64,000 nucleotides of DNA from the NCBI GenBank assembly GCA_965279375.1, contig OZ257156.1, positions 4,864,001 through 4,928,000 on the forward strand. The letters run 5' to 3'. Both the position numbers and the translations under genes were made by a program. This DNA comes from Gemmatimonas sp. Lineage in GTDB: Bacteria; Gemmatimonadota; Gemmatimonadetes; Gemmatimonadales; Gemmatimonadaceae. Below the pieces are notes generated by a model, which had not been told where the DNA came from, searched no databases, and was given only the letters and a program-made list of their open reading frames with translations. Numbering within the stretch: position 1 is the stretch's first letter; every line of letters starts with the position of its first letter. Positions 55,843 to 64,000 of this stretch are shown here, in pieces.

Positions 55843-57138
55843 ATGATGAATCGCTCCGCGCAGGTGCTGGTGGTGGGCGGAGGGCCTGCAGGGAGCTCAA
55901 CGGCATGGCACCTCGCGAAAGCTGGGCTCGACGTCACGCTCATCGATCGCGCACGCTTCCCGCGGGCCAAGCCGTGCGCGGAGTACGTGAGTCCGGAAGG
56001 TGCGCGCATTCTGCATGCGATGGGTGCGCTGGAGACTTTGGAGCGAGCGCACACTGCAGCGCTGACTGGCATGGTCGTGCATGCGCCCGACGGCGGACAG
56101 ATCCATGGCGAGTTCATCGCGCGTCACGGCTTTCGCGGTTTTCGCGACCGCGGGCTCGGCGCACGCCGCGAGTTGCTGGACACACTCCTGCTCGATCGGG
56201 TGCGTGCGGCCGGCGTGCATGTGGTCGAAGGCGTGAAGGTCGACGACGTCCTGCGCGACGGCAACGGCGGCTGCGTCGGCGTGCGCGTCCGCTCGGACGA
56301 GGGCGTCTACGACATTAGGGCGTCGGTCGTGATCGGCGCTGACGGTTTGCGCTCGGTGGTCGCGCGGCGCTTGTCACTCACGCGCCAGTCCCGATGGCCC
56401 CGACGCGTCGCGCTGGTGGCGCACTATCGCAACGTGCAGGGGATCGGTACGCTCGGCGAGATGCACGTCACGCGCGAAGGGTACGTGGGGCTCGCCGCCG
56501 TGGGCGATGGGCTCACCAACGTGGCACTCGTCGTCCCCAAGTCGCAGGCATCGGCCATGCATGGCGACCCGTCGGCGTTCCTCGGCGACTGGCTCGAGCG
56601 ACAGCCCGCGTTGGCTGAACGGTTTCGTGGCGCCACGCGAGAGACACCGGTGCGCGCCACCGGCCCCTTCGCTTCTCGCGCGGTGCGCGCGTGGGCGCCC
56701 GGCGCCGCGCTCGTTGGTGACGCGGCCGATTTCTTCGATCCGTTCACCGGCGAAGGCATCTACGCGGCGCTGCGCGGCGGCGAGTTGGTCGCGCCATTCG
56801 TGACCGATGCCGTGCACGCGATTGAACGCGCCGACCCTCGCGCCGCCGCGCGCGCGCTGGCCAGCTACGACCGCGCACGGCACGACACCTTCGCCGGGAA
56901 ATGGCGCGTGGAACGCCTCATCGGTGCGGCCGTCGCCTTCCCGTCGCTCATGAATCACGCCGCGCGCATTCTCGGTCGGGATCGCGACCTCGCGGACCTG
57001 CTCGTTGGCGTCACAGGCGACTTCGTGCCGGTCAGCGCGGTGCTCACGCCGCGTACCCTGCTCAAGTTCCTGCTGCCTTCGTCGGCACACGCTGCTGCAC
57101 GCGCTTCCTCAACTCCTACGTCCTCGCATGTCCATTGA
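55843..57138 (+). CDS. FAD-dependent oxidoreductase, geranylgeranyl reductase family
   Basis: VVGGGPAG, FPRAKPCAE, IGADG, GDAADFFDPFTGEGI. Confidence 0.88.
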   Translation: MMNRSAQVLVVGGGPAGSSTAWHLAKAGLDVTLIDRARFPRAKPCAEYVSPEGARILHAMGALETLERAHTAALTGMVVHAPDGGQIHGEFIARHGFRGFRDRGLGARRELLDTLLLDRVRAAGVHVVEGVKVDDVLRDGNGGCVGVRVRSDEGVYDIRASVVIGADGLRSVVARRLSLTRQSRWPRRVALVAHYRNVQGIGTLGEMHVTREGYVGLAAVGDGLTNVALVVPKSQASAMHGDPSAFLGDWLERQPALAERFRGATRETPVRATGPFASRAVRAWAPGAALVGDAADFFDPFTGEGIYAALRGGELVAPFVTDAVHAIERADPRAAARALASYDRARHDTFAGKWRVERLIGAAVAFPSLMNHAARILGRDRDLADLLVGVTGDFVPVSAVLTPRTLLKFLLPSSAHAAARASSTPTSSHVH

Positions 57139-57604
57139 CGGTGATCTGTTTCGTTCCGTACTCGGCCGCTTTGCATCCGGTATCACGGTCATCACGACGC
57201 GTGATGCGAGCGATCGCGATCATGGCATGACCGCGAGTGCATTTTCGTCGCTCAGCCTCGATCCGCCGCTTGTGTTGGTGTGCATCGCCAACGACGCCAC
57301 GATGGCACCGGTAATGGCGGCGGCAGAGACCTTTGCCGTGAACGTGCTCACCGACGCGCAGGAAGCGGTGTCGCGGCGCTTCGCCGGCAAGGTGGACGAT
57401 CGCTTCGCCGGCATCGGCTTCTCGCGGGGCGAGTTTGGTGACGTGGTGCTCGACGATGTCCTGGCGTGGATGCAGTGCCGCATCGTGGCGCGACATCCCG
57501 CAGGCGATCATGTGATCATCGTCGGGCAGGCCGAGTCGGCTGGCGTGCGAGATGCGCGTCCGTTGCTGTATTATCGCGGCGGTTACGCGCAGCTCGAGCG
57601 CTGA
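57128..57604 (+). CDS. Flavin reductase family protein
   Basis: FRSVLGRFASGIT, GMTASAFSSLSLDPPL, GDH, PLLYYRG. Confidence 0.92.
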   Translation: MSIDGDLFRSVLGRFASGITVITTRDASDRDHGMTASAFSSLSLDPPLVLVCIANDATMAPVMAAAETFAVNVLTDAQEAVSRRFAGKVDDRFAGIGFSRGEFGDVVLDDVLAWMQCRIVARHPAGDHVIIVGQAESAGVRDARPLLYYRGGYAQLER

Positions 57605-57609
57605 CAAGC

Positions 57610-58362
57610 ATGCTCACGCCGGCGCGTCGCAGAGGCATCGAGATCCTCGACGACCCGTCGCAGGATCCGGCCCTTGCCGTGCGTTCACTGCGTGACGTGA
57701 AGCTGGCGAACACGCTCTTTGGCGGGCGACGCGCTGTCATTCGCGAGCTGCATGCGCTCATCAAGCGTGGCCTGGCAGACCGCGCCGCCGTGGATCGCGC
57801 CACGCGCACCCAGACCCCGACCAGTCAGATGGTCATCACGTTGCTCGACGTAGGCACGGGGCTGGGTGACATACCCGGCGCAGCGACGCAGGCGACCGAC
57901 CTGTTCGGCGTGCAGATTGCGACGATCGGACTCGAAGTGTCACCCGCAATTGCGCGTGCGGCGCAGCCTGCCTGCACGCACGTGCTGGTCGGCAACGCGA
58001 TGCAGCTGCCGTTCGCCGACGCGAGCATCGACATCGTGACCTGCTCGCAAGTGCTGCATCACTTCGATGGCGCCGCTGCCGAAGCGTTGCTGCGCGAATG
58101 CAATCGTGTCGCGCGCATGGGCGTCGTCATCGGCGACTTGCGACGGAGCTGGCTCGCCGTGGGCGGGCTCTGGTGCGCATCCTTCCTGCTTGGATTCCAC
58201 CCAGTCAGTCGGCACGACGGCGTGGTATCGATCCTGCGTGGCTTCACCCCCCAGGAGCTACGACGTTTGGTGCGTCGCGTGACCGGCGGGCGCGTGCTCG
58301 TGCGTCGGCGATTCGCGTGGCGCGTCACCGCAACCTGGATTCCCGGAAAGAACATCGAATGA
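57610..58362 (+). CDS. Class I SAM-dependent methyltransferase
   Basis: EILDDP, NTLFGG, LLDVGTGLGD, VLHHF, DLRR, HDGVVSI. Confidence 0.88.
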   Translation: MLTPARRRGIEILDDPSQDPALAVRSLRDVKLANTLFGGRRAVIRELHALIKRGLADRAAVDRATRTQTPTSQMVITLLDVGTGLGDIPGAATQATDLFGVQIATIGLEVSPAIARAAQPACTHVLVGNAMQLPFADASIDIVTCSQVLHHFDGAAAEALLRECNRVARMGVVIGDLRRSWLAVGGLWCASFLLGFHPVSRHDGVVSILRGFTPQELRRLVRRVTGGRVLVRRRFAWRVTATWIPGKNIE

Positions 58363-58919
58363 CGAGCCCGTCCACGTCGTCCTCCATGCATCCCAACTAC
58401 GAACTGGGCCCTCCACCGACCAATCGTCTCATGACGACGGTAGATGAGGCACTCGTGCGCGCGCCGGTGGCGCGCATCTTTGATATCGCGCGCGAGGTGG
58501 AGAACTGGCCCGCTTTTCTTCCGCACTATCGCTTCGTGCGCTTTCGCTCGCGTACGGCCGATGGCGGCGGCATCGTCGAGATGGCGGCGAATCGTCCGTT
58601 CGGGCTGTTCAACTGGCCGACGTGGTGGTTGTCCGAGATGGCCGTGAATACGCAGGAACCGTGGGTGCGCTTTCGCCATATCGGCGGGATCACGACACGC
58701 ATGGACGTGGAGTGGAACTTCACCCAAACGGAACAGGGGACGCTGGTGCGCATCATTCACGTGTGGAACGGGCCGGGTTGGCCGCTGATCGGCAGCATCG
58801 CCGCAACGCAGGTGATCGGACCCGTCTTCGTGCACGGCATCGCGTCGCGCACGCTCGCCGGACTCGGTCGCGTCGCAGAGCAGGCGACAATGGCCGAGCA
58901 GCCACTGGTGCGGAGATGA
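58359..58919 (+). CDS. SRPBCC aromatase/cyclase-like protein
   Basis: IAREVENWPAFLPHY, WWLSEM, FRHIGG, MDVEW. ATGA overlaps on both sides. Confidence 0.82.
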   Translation: MTSPSTSSSMHPNYELGPPPTNRLMTTVDEALVRAPVARIFDIAREVENWPAFLPHYRFVRFRSRTADGGGIVEMAANRPFGLFNWPTWWLSEMAVNTQEPWVRFRHIGGITTRMDVEWNFTQTEQGTLVRIIHVWNGPGWPLIGSIAATQVIGPVFVHGIASRTLAGLGRVAEQATMAEQPLVRR

Positions 58920-60175
58920 GTGCGAGACTGGCTTCGCCGAAGGCGCCGCGACGTGTCGCGATCACTGGCATCGGCTGTGTCACGCCTCTCGGCACTGGCG
59001 TCGAACAGTTGTGGCAGGGGCTCCGCGCCGAGCGGTCCGTGGTGAGCGCAGCGACACGCTTCGATGCATCGATCTTTCGCAGCCGCTGCGCCGCGCAGGT
59101 GAACGATTTCGATCCCGTGGATCATCTGGACATCAAGCGTGTGCGGCGCCTCGATCGCTTCGGTCAGTTCAGCGTCGTCAGCTCCAAGCTGGCGCTGGAG
59201 GATTCGGGAATCGATCTCGCCCGAGAGAATCGTGAGCGCATCGGTGCCATGATGGGCACCGCGTTGGGCGGCGTTGCCTACGCCGAGTCACAGGCGGCCA
59301 ACTTCATGACCGGCGGGCTGCGCGCCGTGGACGCGACGCTCGCGCTCGCCGTCTTTGGCGGCTCCTCGAGTTGCAACATCGCCATCGAGTTCGGCGTGCA
59401 GGGACCCAACTCCACCAACGCGATGAGCTGCGCGTCGGGGACGATGGCCATCGGCGAAGCATTTCGTCAGGTGCGCGATGGCTATGCGGACGTGATGATC
59501 GCCGGTGGCGCCGAGGCGCCGCTGGCGACGCTGTGCTTCGGCGCGTTCGCGTTGATTCGCGCGATGTCCAATCGCAACGACGAGCCCGACAAGGCCTCCC
59601 GTCCGTTTGATCGTGATCGCGACGGCTTCGTGATGGGCGAGGGTGGCGCCGTGCTGATTCTCGAGGAGTATTCGCGCGCGGTCGCGCGTGGCGCGCGCAT
59701 CTACGCAGAGCTGGCGGGCTACGGCACCAGCAACGATGCCCACCACATGACCGCACCGCTTCCGGGCGGATCGCAGGCCGCGCGCTCGATGCGGCAGGCG
59801 CTCGACGACGCGGACATTGCGCCGCACGACGTGGACTACATCAACGCACACGGCAGCGGCACGCCCCTCAATGACCCGACGGAAACGGACGCGATCAAGG
59901 CAGTCTTCGGCGACCGTGCGTATCAGGTCCCCGTATCGAGCACCAAGGGCTACTACGGGCATGCGTTGGGCGCGTCCGGCGCATTCGAAACAGCCATCTC
60001 CGCGCTCGTGCTGCAGCGCGGGTGGGTGCCGCCCACGCTCAATCTCGACAACCCCGATGCTGGGTGCGATCTGGACTACGTGCCACACCGGGGGCGTGAG
60101 TTGGCGCCCAAGGTGGTGGTAACGAACAGCTTCGGGTTTGGTGGCATCAACGCGGCGTTGGTGCTGAAGCAGTGA
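58916..60175 (+). CDS. Beta-ketoacyl-ACP synthase II-like (FabF / type II ketosynthase)
   Basis: RRVAITGIG, SCASG (Cys), RPFDRDRDGFVMGEG, NAHGSGT, GHALGA, NSFGFGG. Cys-His-His triad. Confidence 0.92.
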   Translation: MSARLASPKAPRRVAITGIGCVTPLGTGVEQLWQGLRAERSVVSAATRFDASIFRSRCAAQVNDFDPVDHLDIKRVRRLDRFGQFSVVSSKLALEDSGIDLARENRERIGAMMGTALGGVAYAESQAANFMTGGLRAVDATLALAVFGGSSSCNIAIEFGVQGPNSTNAMSCASGTMAIGEAFRQVRDGYADVMIAGGAEAPLATLCFGAFALIRAMSNRNDEPDKASRPFDRDRDGFVMGEGGAVLILEEYSRAVARGARIYAELAGYGTSNDAHHMTAPLPGGSQAARSMRQALDDADIAPHDVDYINAHGSGTPLNDPTETDAIKAVFGDRAYQVPVSSTKGYYGHALGASGAFETAISALVLQRGWVPPTLNLDNPDAGCDLDYVPHRGRELAPKVVVTNSFGFGGINAALVLKQ

Positions 60176-60200
60176 CGTAACACGATGGCGATAAAACGAA

Positions 60201-60235
60201 AAACGGCGGGTCGCATCCTCTGCGGCCCGCCGTTT
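60201..60235. terminator. Likely bidirectional terminator between the ketosynthase and ppa
   Basis: AAACGGCGGGTCGCA-TCCTC-TGCGGCCCGCCGTTT, with A-rich left and T-rich right flanks. Confidence 0.8.
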
Positions 60236-60265
60236 CGTTCAAGCAGCGTCTAACCCACCGCTGAA

Positions 60266-60811
60266 TCAGTCCTGCTGCTTTCCGTACTTCTCCGTGTAGC
60301 GCGCAATGCTCCCCTGAATGATCTCGAAGGCGCGCTCGCTCTTCTCCCACCCCTGAATCTCGACGCGCTTGCCTTCGAGGTCCTTGTAGATGTGGAAGAA
60401 GTGCTCGATCTCCTTCAGGTAGTGCTGCGGCATGTCCGCGATGTCGTACACATCGTGGTGATACGGATCGTCACACGGCACAGCGAGAATCTTCTCGTCC
60501 GGCTCACCACGATCGAGCATGCGCAGCACGCCGATCGGACGGCACGCGATCTGGCAGCCCGTGAACGTCGACTCGTTGATGCGCACGAGAATGTCGAGCG
60601 GATCGTTGTCCTCATGCAGCGTCTGCGGAATGAATCCGTAGTCGCCGGGATAGTGCACCGCCGAGTAGAGCACGCGATCGAGCTTGAACTGGCCGCTGAT
60701 CTTGTCGAGCTCATACTTGTTGCGCGAGCCGGCCGGGATCTCGATGATCGCGGTCACGCGCTCCGGCGGATGGTCGCCGGGTGATACGTCGTGCCAGGGA
60801 TTGTGAATCAT
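60266..60811 (-). CDS. ppa: Inorganic pyrophosphatase (family I)
   Basis: EIPAGSRNKYE, LDR, YPGDYGF, DNDPLD, YKDLEGK. Confidence 0.96.
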   Translation of the reverse strand: MIHNPWHDVSPGDHPPERVTAIIEIPAGSRNKYELDKISGQFKLDRVLYSAVHYPGDYGFIPQTLHEDNDPLDILVRINESTFTGCQIACRPIGVLRMLDRGEPDEKILAVPCDDPYHHDVYDIADMPQHYLKEIEHFFHIYKDLEGKRVEIQGWEKSERAFEIIQGSIARYTEKYGKQQD

Positions 60812-60841
60812 GCAGTGGGCTTCGGGAATTGCGCGGGAAGG

Positions 60842-61852
60842 TCAGCGAGAGCGCAGCGCGATCGCTGCGTCGATGGCGAAATACGTGATGACGAGATCAG
60901 CGCCGGCCCGCACGATGGCGATCAGCGATTCCAACATGGCGCGTTCCCCGTCAATCCAGCCGCGTTCCGCTGCCGCCTTGATCATCGAGTACTCACCACT
61001 CACCTGGTACGCCGCCAACGGAAGTCCGGTGTCCTGCTTCACCGCCGCGATGATGTCCAGATACGCGCCGGCCGGCTTCACCATGAGAATGTCGGCCCCT
61101 TCAGAGACGTCCAGGCGTACTTCACGTAACGCTTCGCGCCCGTTGGAAGGATCCATCTGATAGCTGCGGCGGTCGCCGAAGGCCGGCGTGGACTCCGCAG
61201 CCTCGCGGAACGGGCCGTAAAACGCCGACGCATACTTGGCCGCGTAGCTCATGATCGGCACCTGCTCGAAGCCTGCCGCGTCCAGCGCGCGCCGCAGATG
61301 TCCGATACGGCCGTCCATCATGTCGCTCGGCGCGATGATGTCCGCCCCCGCCTCCGCGTGCGAGATCGCTTCCCGCGCCAGCAACTCGAGCGTGGCGTCG
61401 TTGTCCACCTCGCCAGCCGGTGTCAGCAGCCCGCAATGTCCGTGGTCCGTGTACTCGCACATGCAGACGTCGGTCACCACGAGGAGCTGCGGGAACTTGG
61501 CCTTCACCGCGCGCACCGCCTCCTGCACCGGACCGTGCGGGTCCCACGCCGACGAGCCCTCGTGGTCCTTGTGATCAGGAATTCCAAACAAGAGTATGCC
61601 GCCAATGCGCTCGGCTACCGCTCGCTCGGCGTCCTTCAGTAGCTCGTCCACGCTGGTCTGGTAGACACCCGGCATCGATCCGATCGGCGCGCGAAAACCC
61701 GAGCCACTGCGCACGAACAGCGGCCAGAGGAACTGCGCCGGATCGAGCCGCGTCTCGCGCACGACGCGGCGAATCGCATCCGTGCGGCGCAGTCGTCGCA
61801 TGCGCGTGGTGAGGGCGGGTGCTCCCGTTTCCGTGCCGATGATTCCGGTCAT
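60842..61852 (-). CDS. hemB: Porphobilinogen synthase (Zn-type)
   Basis: [45 protein letters not shown]. Confidence 0.97.
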   Translation of the reverse strand: MTGIIGTETGAPALTTRMRRLRRTDAIRRVVRETRLDPAQFLWPLFVRSGSGFRAPIGSMPGVYQTSVDELLKDAERAVAERIGGILLFGIPDHKDHEGSSAWDPHGPVQEAVRAVKAKFPQLLVVTDVCMCEYTDHGHCGLLTPAGEVDNDATLELLAREAISHAEAGADIIAPSDMMDGRIGHLRRALDAAGFEQVPIMSYAAKYASAFYGPFREAAESTPAFGDRRSYQMDPSNGREALREVRLDVSEGADILMVKPAGAYLDIIAAVKQDTGLPLAAYQVSGEYSMIKAAAERGWIDGERAMLESLIAIVRAGADLVITYFAIDAAIALRSR

Positions 61853-61853
61853 G

Positions 61854-62840
61854 TCAGTGCGCTCCCTGAGCGGGCGCGTGCGACTCGCGCGGCCGCAGCG
61901 ACGAGAGAATGTCAGCACCGCCGTCACGATGCAGCTGCGCAGCCAGCGCGCGACCGGCGGCAGTCGGATCGGCGAGATCCACCGCCATATGCCCGCGCAC
62001 CACCTGCGTGCCATCGATCGCCGCGATCACGCCATGCAACGTCGCGCTCGCGCCATCGCGCAGCATCGCCGCGCCGATCGGCACCTGACAGCCGCCTTCG
62101 AGCGCGGCCAGCAGGGCGCGTTCGCAGGTGACGGCCGCTCGGGTGTCCGCGTGATCGAGCGACGCGAGAATGGCTCCCATGCGCGCATCGCCCACGCGGG
62201 CCTGCACGGCAATCGCGCCCTGCCCCGGCGCAGACAACCACTGCGGTGGATCGAGCAGCGCCACAATGCGATCGCCCAGCCCCAACCGACGCAGCCCCGC
62301 CGCCGCCAACAGCGCGGCATCCACGTCGCCTTCGTCGATCTTGCGGAGTCGCGTGCCCACGTTGCCGCGCAGTTCACGCACATCGAGATCCGGACGCAGC
62401 GCGCGCAGCTGCGCACGCCGACGCAGCGACGACGTGCCAATCCGCGCACCGTGCGGCAGCTCGTGGAGCGTGCGTGCGGTGACGCCCGGGCCAACCACCA
62501 GCGCATCGCGCGGATCCTCGCGCTCGAGCAGCGCCACCAGATGCAGCCCCTCGGGATCGGCCGTCGGGAGATCCTTGAGCGAATGCACAGCACAATCCGT
62601 GCGCCCCGCGATGAGGTCGGCTTCCAGCTCCGCAGTGAAGAGCCCCTTCTCGCCGATCGCCGAAAGCGGCTTGTCGAGTACCCGATCGCCGATCGTGGTG
62701 TAGGTGACCAGCTCGCTCGCCACGCCGTTGACGGCGAGCATCGCCGCGACCTGCCGAGCCTGACGCAAAGCCAGCTCCGAGGAGCGCGTGCCGATGCGCA
62801 CCACCATGTCCGACACTGTGTTTGACGCGTTGTCTGTCAT
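61854..62840 (-). CDS. hemC: Hydroxymethylbilane synthase
   Basis: [41 protein letters not shown]. Confidence 0.97.
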   Translation of the reverse strand: MTDNASNTVSDMVVRIGTRSSELALRQARQVAAMLAVNGVASELVTYTTIGDRVLDKPLSAIGEKGLFTAELEADLIAGRTDCAVHSLKDLPTADPEGLHLVALLEREDPRDALVVGPGVTARTLHELPHGARIGTSSLRRRAQLRALRPDLDVRELRGNVGTRLRKIDEGDVDAALLAAAGLRRLGLGDRIVALLDPPQWLSAPGQGAIAVQARVGDARMGAILASLDHADTRAAVTCERALLAALEGGCQVPIGAAMLRDGASATLHGVIAAIDGTQVVRGHMAVDLADPTAAGRALAAQLHRDGGADILSSLRPRESHAPAQGAH

Positions 62841-62848
62841 GCCGAATT

Positions 62849-63646
62849 CTACCGTGATGGCGGAAACGCCGCGACGATGCTCTTCACCAATCCTTCCATC
62901 GTGGCGGCACCTGATTCGACCTTCACCGGAAAGCCGGCCAGTCGCGCGGCCTTGGCGGTAACGGGCCCAATGCAAGCAACGGGCAGGCGCCGCGCGAGCT
63001 CCGCCGGCAGCGCGTCCAGCAGCGCATCCACGGCACTCGGCGCCGCCACGGTCACGAGATCCAGTCCGTTCGCCAGTGCCAGCGTGCGTAGTTGGGACTG
63101 CCCCTGTGCGTCAACGGTGCTGCGGTAGACAGGGATGACGTCCACCGTGGCGCCGAGCGACCGGAGCCCATTGGGGAGCACGTCGCGTGCCCCAAGCGCC
63201 GCTGGGTACAGCATGCGGGCGCCGTCCACGTCGGTGCGCGCCGCCATCGCGTCCACCAGCGCTTCCGCGTGGAAACGCTCGGGCATCAGCGTGGCCGTCC
63301 AACCACGCTTCGCCACGGCGTCGGCGGTCGCCGCCCCCACCACCGCGATCTTGCGCGCGCGCAGCTGCGCCGCCGCAATGGCCGTATTGATTGCGGCCGC
63401 GAGATGTTCGACGGCGTTGACGCTCGTCAGCAGCACCCACTGGTAGCGCGCAAGCTCCTCCACCGCAGCCGAGAGCGGCGCTGGATCCAGCGTCTCGATG
63501 CGTGTGAGCGGAATCTCGTGGACCAGCGCACCCACCGACCGCAGCGCGTCCGCCAGTGGCCCGCCGCGCTCGCCCGCACGCGTCACGGCAATCCGAACGC
63601 CCGCGAGCGGCGTAGGCAGTCGCCCCGGCGGCGTCGCGGAAGTCAT
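62849..63646 (-). CDS. hemD: Uroporphyrinogen-III synthase
   Basis: IAVTR, LTSVNAV, VGAATA, VYR, APSAV, CIGPVTA. Confidence 0.9.
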   Translation of the reverse strand: MTSATPPGRLPTPLAGVRIAVTRAGERGGPLADALRSVGALVHEIPLTRIETLDPAPLSAAVEELARYQWVLLTSVNAVEHLAAAINTAIAAAQLRARKIAVVGAATADAVAKRGWTATLMPERFHAEALVDAMAARTDVDGARMLYPAALGARDVLPNGLRSLGATVDVIPVYRSTVDAQGQSQLRTLALANGLDLVTVAAPSAVDALLDALPAELARRLPVACIGPVTAKAARLAGFPVKVESGAATMEGLVKSIVAAFPPSR

Positions 63647-63857
63647 GGGCGACTCCTCGGGTGACACAGGTGCGCGACGATATCCGCCGCCGCCTGGACT
63701 GACGTCGCACCTTCTGACGACGCGGACCGGGACGCAAACTCAAGCGCAGGCATCGCACAACGATAGTGACCCGACCCGTTGCCCGCGACGCGTCCGCACA
63801 TAAGCTTCGACAGCCTCGTGCGCTTCCCACCGACCTGCCACTACGCGACACCCGACG

Positions 63858-64000
63858 ATGAGCGATATCGACGTCCTGCTGCAGGAAAACCGATCCTTCC
63901 CTCCTCCAGCCGCGTTTCGCGCGTCGGCCCGCATTCACGACAACCGCATCGTGGAAGACGCGGAGCTCGACCCGCAGAACTTCTGGGCGCGTGAAGCCGG
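63858..64000 (+). CDS. acs: Acetyl-CoA synthetase, N-terminal fragment (runs off the right edge)
   Basis: Translated by hand: MSDIDVLLQENRSFPPPAAF...DPQNFWAREA, typical of the ACS N-terminus. Confidence 0.75.
   Translation, partial: MSDIDVLLQENRSFPPPAAFRASARIHDNRIVEDAELDPQNFWAREA

Noticed and set aside
1..64000. tRNA, rRNA, CRISPR array, IS element, known riboswitch
   Set aside because: None recognised by eye and intergenic gaps are short. A covariance-model search would be needed to exclude small RNAs.

Overview
This is a GC-rich bacterial chromosomal window. The gene content and protein style suggest Gemmatimonadota, which is an inference and not a database result. In order it carries: a partial SEC-C protein missed by the ORF track; a complete System I cytochrome c maturation operon (ccmABCDEFGH plus a TPR lipoprotein); a minus-strand copper-type operon (His/Met/Cys-rich leader ORF, mbnP-like, mbnH-like, frameshifted copC, exported DJ-1/isonitrile-hydratase-like fusion); an accessory block (ankyrin, pentapeptide, NmrA, AP2-like, serine hydrolase, D-aminoacylase-like, ada/alkA-ogt); sprA-like, comEA, pilB, pilT and pilC divergent from lptF-lptG-mlaE-mlaD; SRPBCC-marR with a clear promoter and operator pair; an Oar-type TonB receptor; an APC permease; a mini COX2-like membrane protein with ctaA-ctaB and an ABC exporter; an M24 peptidase; a V4R-like protein; a DUF92/FAD oxidoreductase/flavin reductase/methyltransferase/cyclase/ketosynthase cluster; ppa, hemB, hemC, hemD; and the start of acs. 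I saw no rRNA, tRNA, CRISPR array or transposase. There are three best candidates for an undescribed system: (1) the leader-controlled MbnPH-CopC operon with an exported isonitrile-hydratase-like enzyme, (2) the single-ketosynthase/cyclase tailoring cluster, and (3) the SprA-ComEA-type IV pilus linkage. All calls come from reading motifs by eye and many start codons are approximate.
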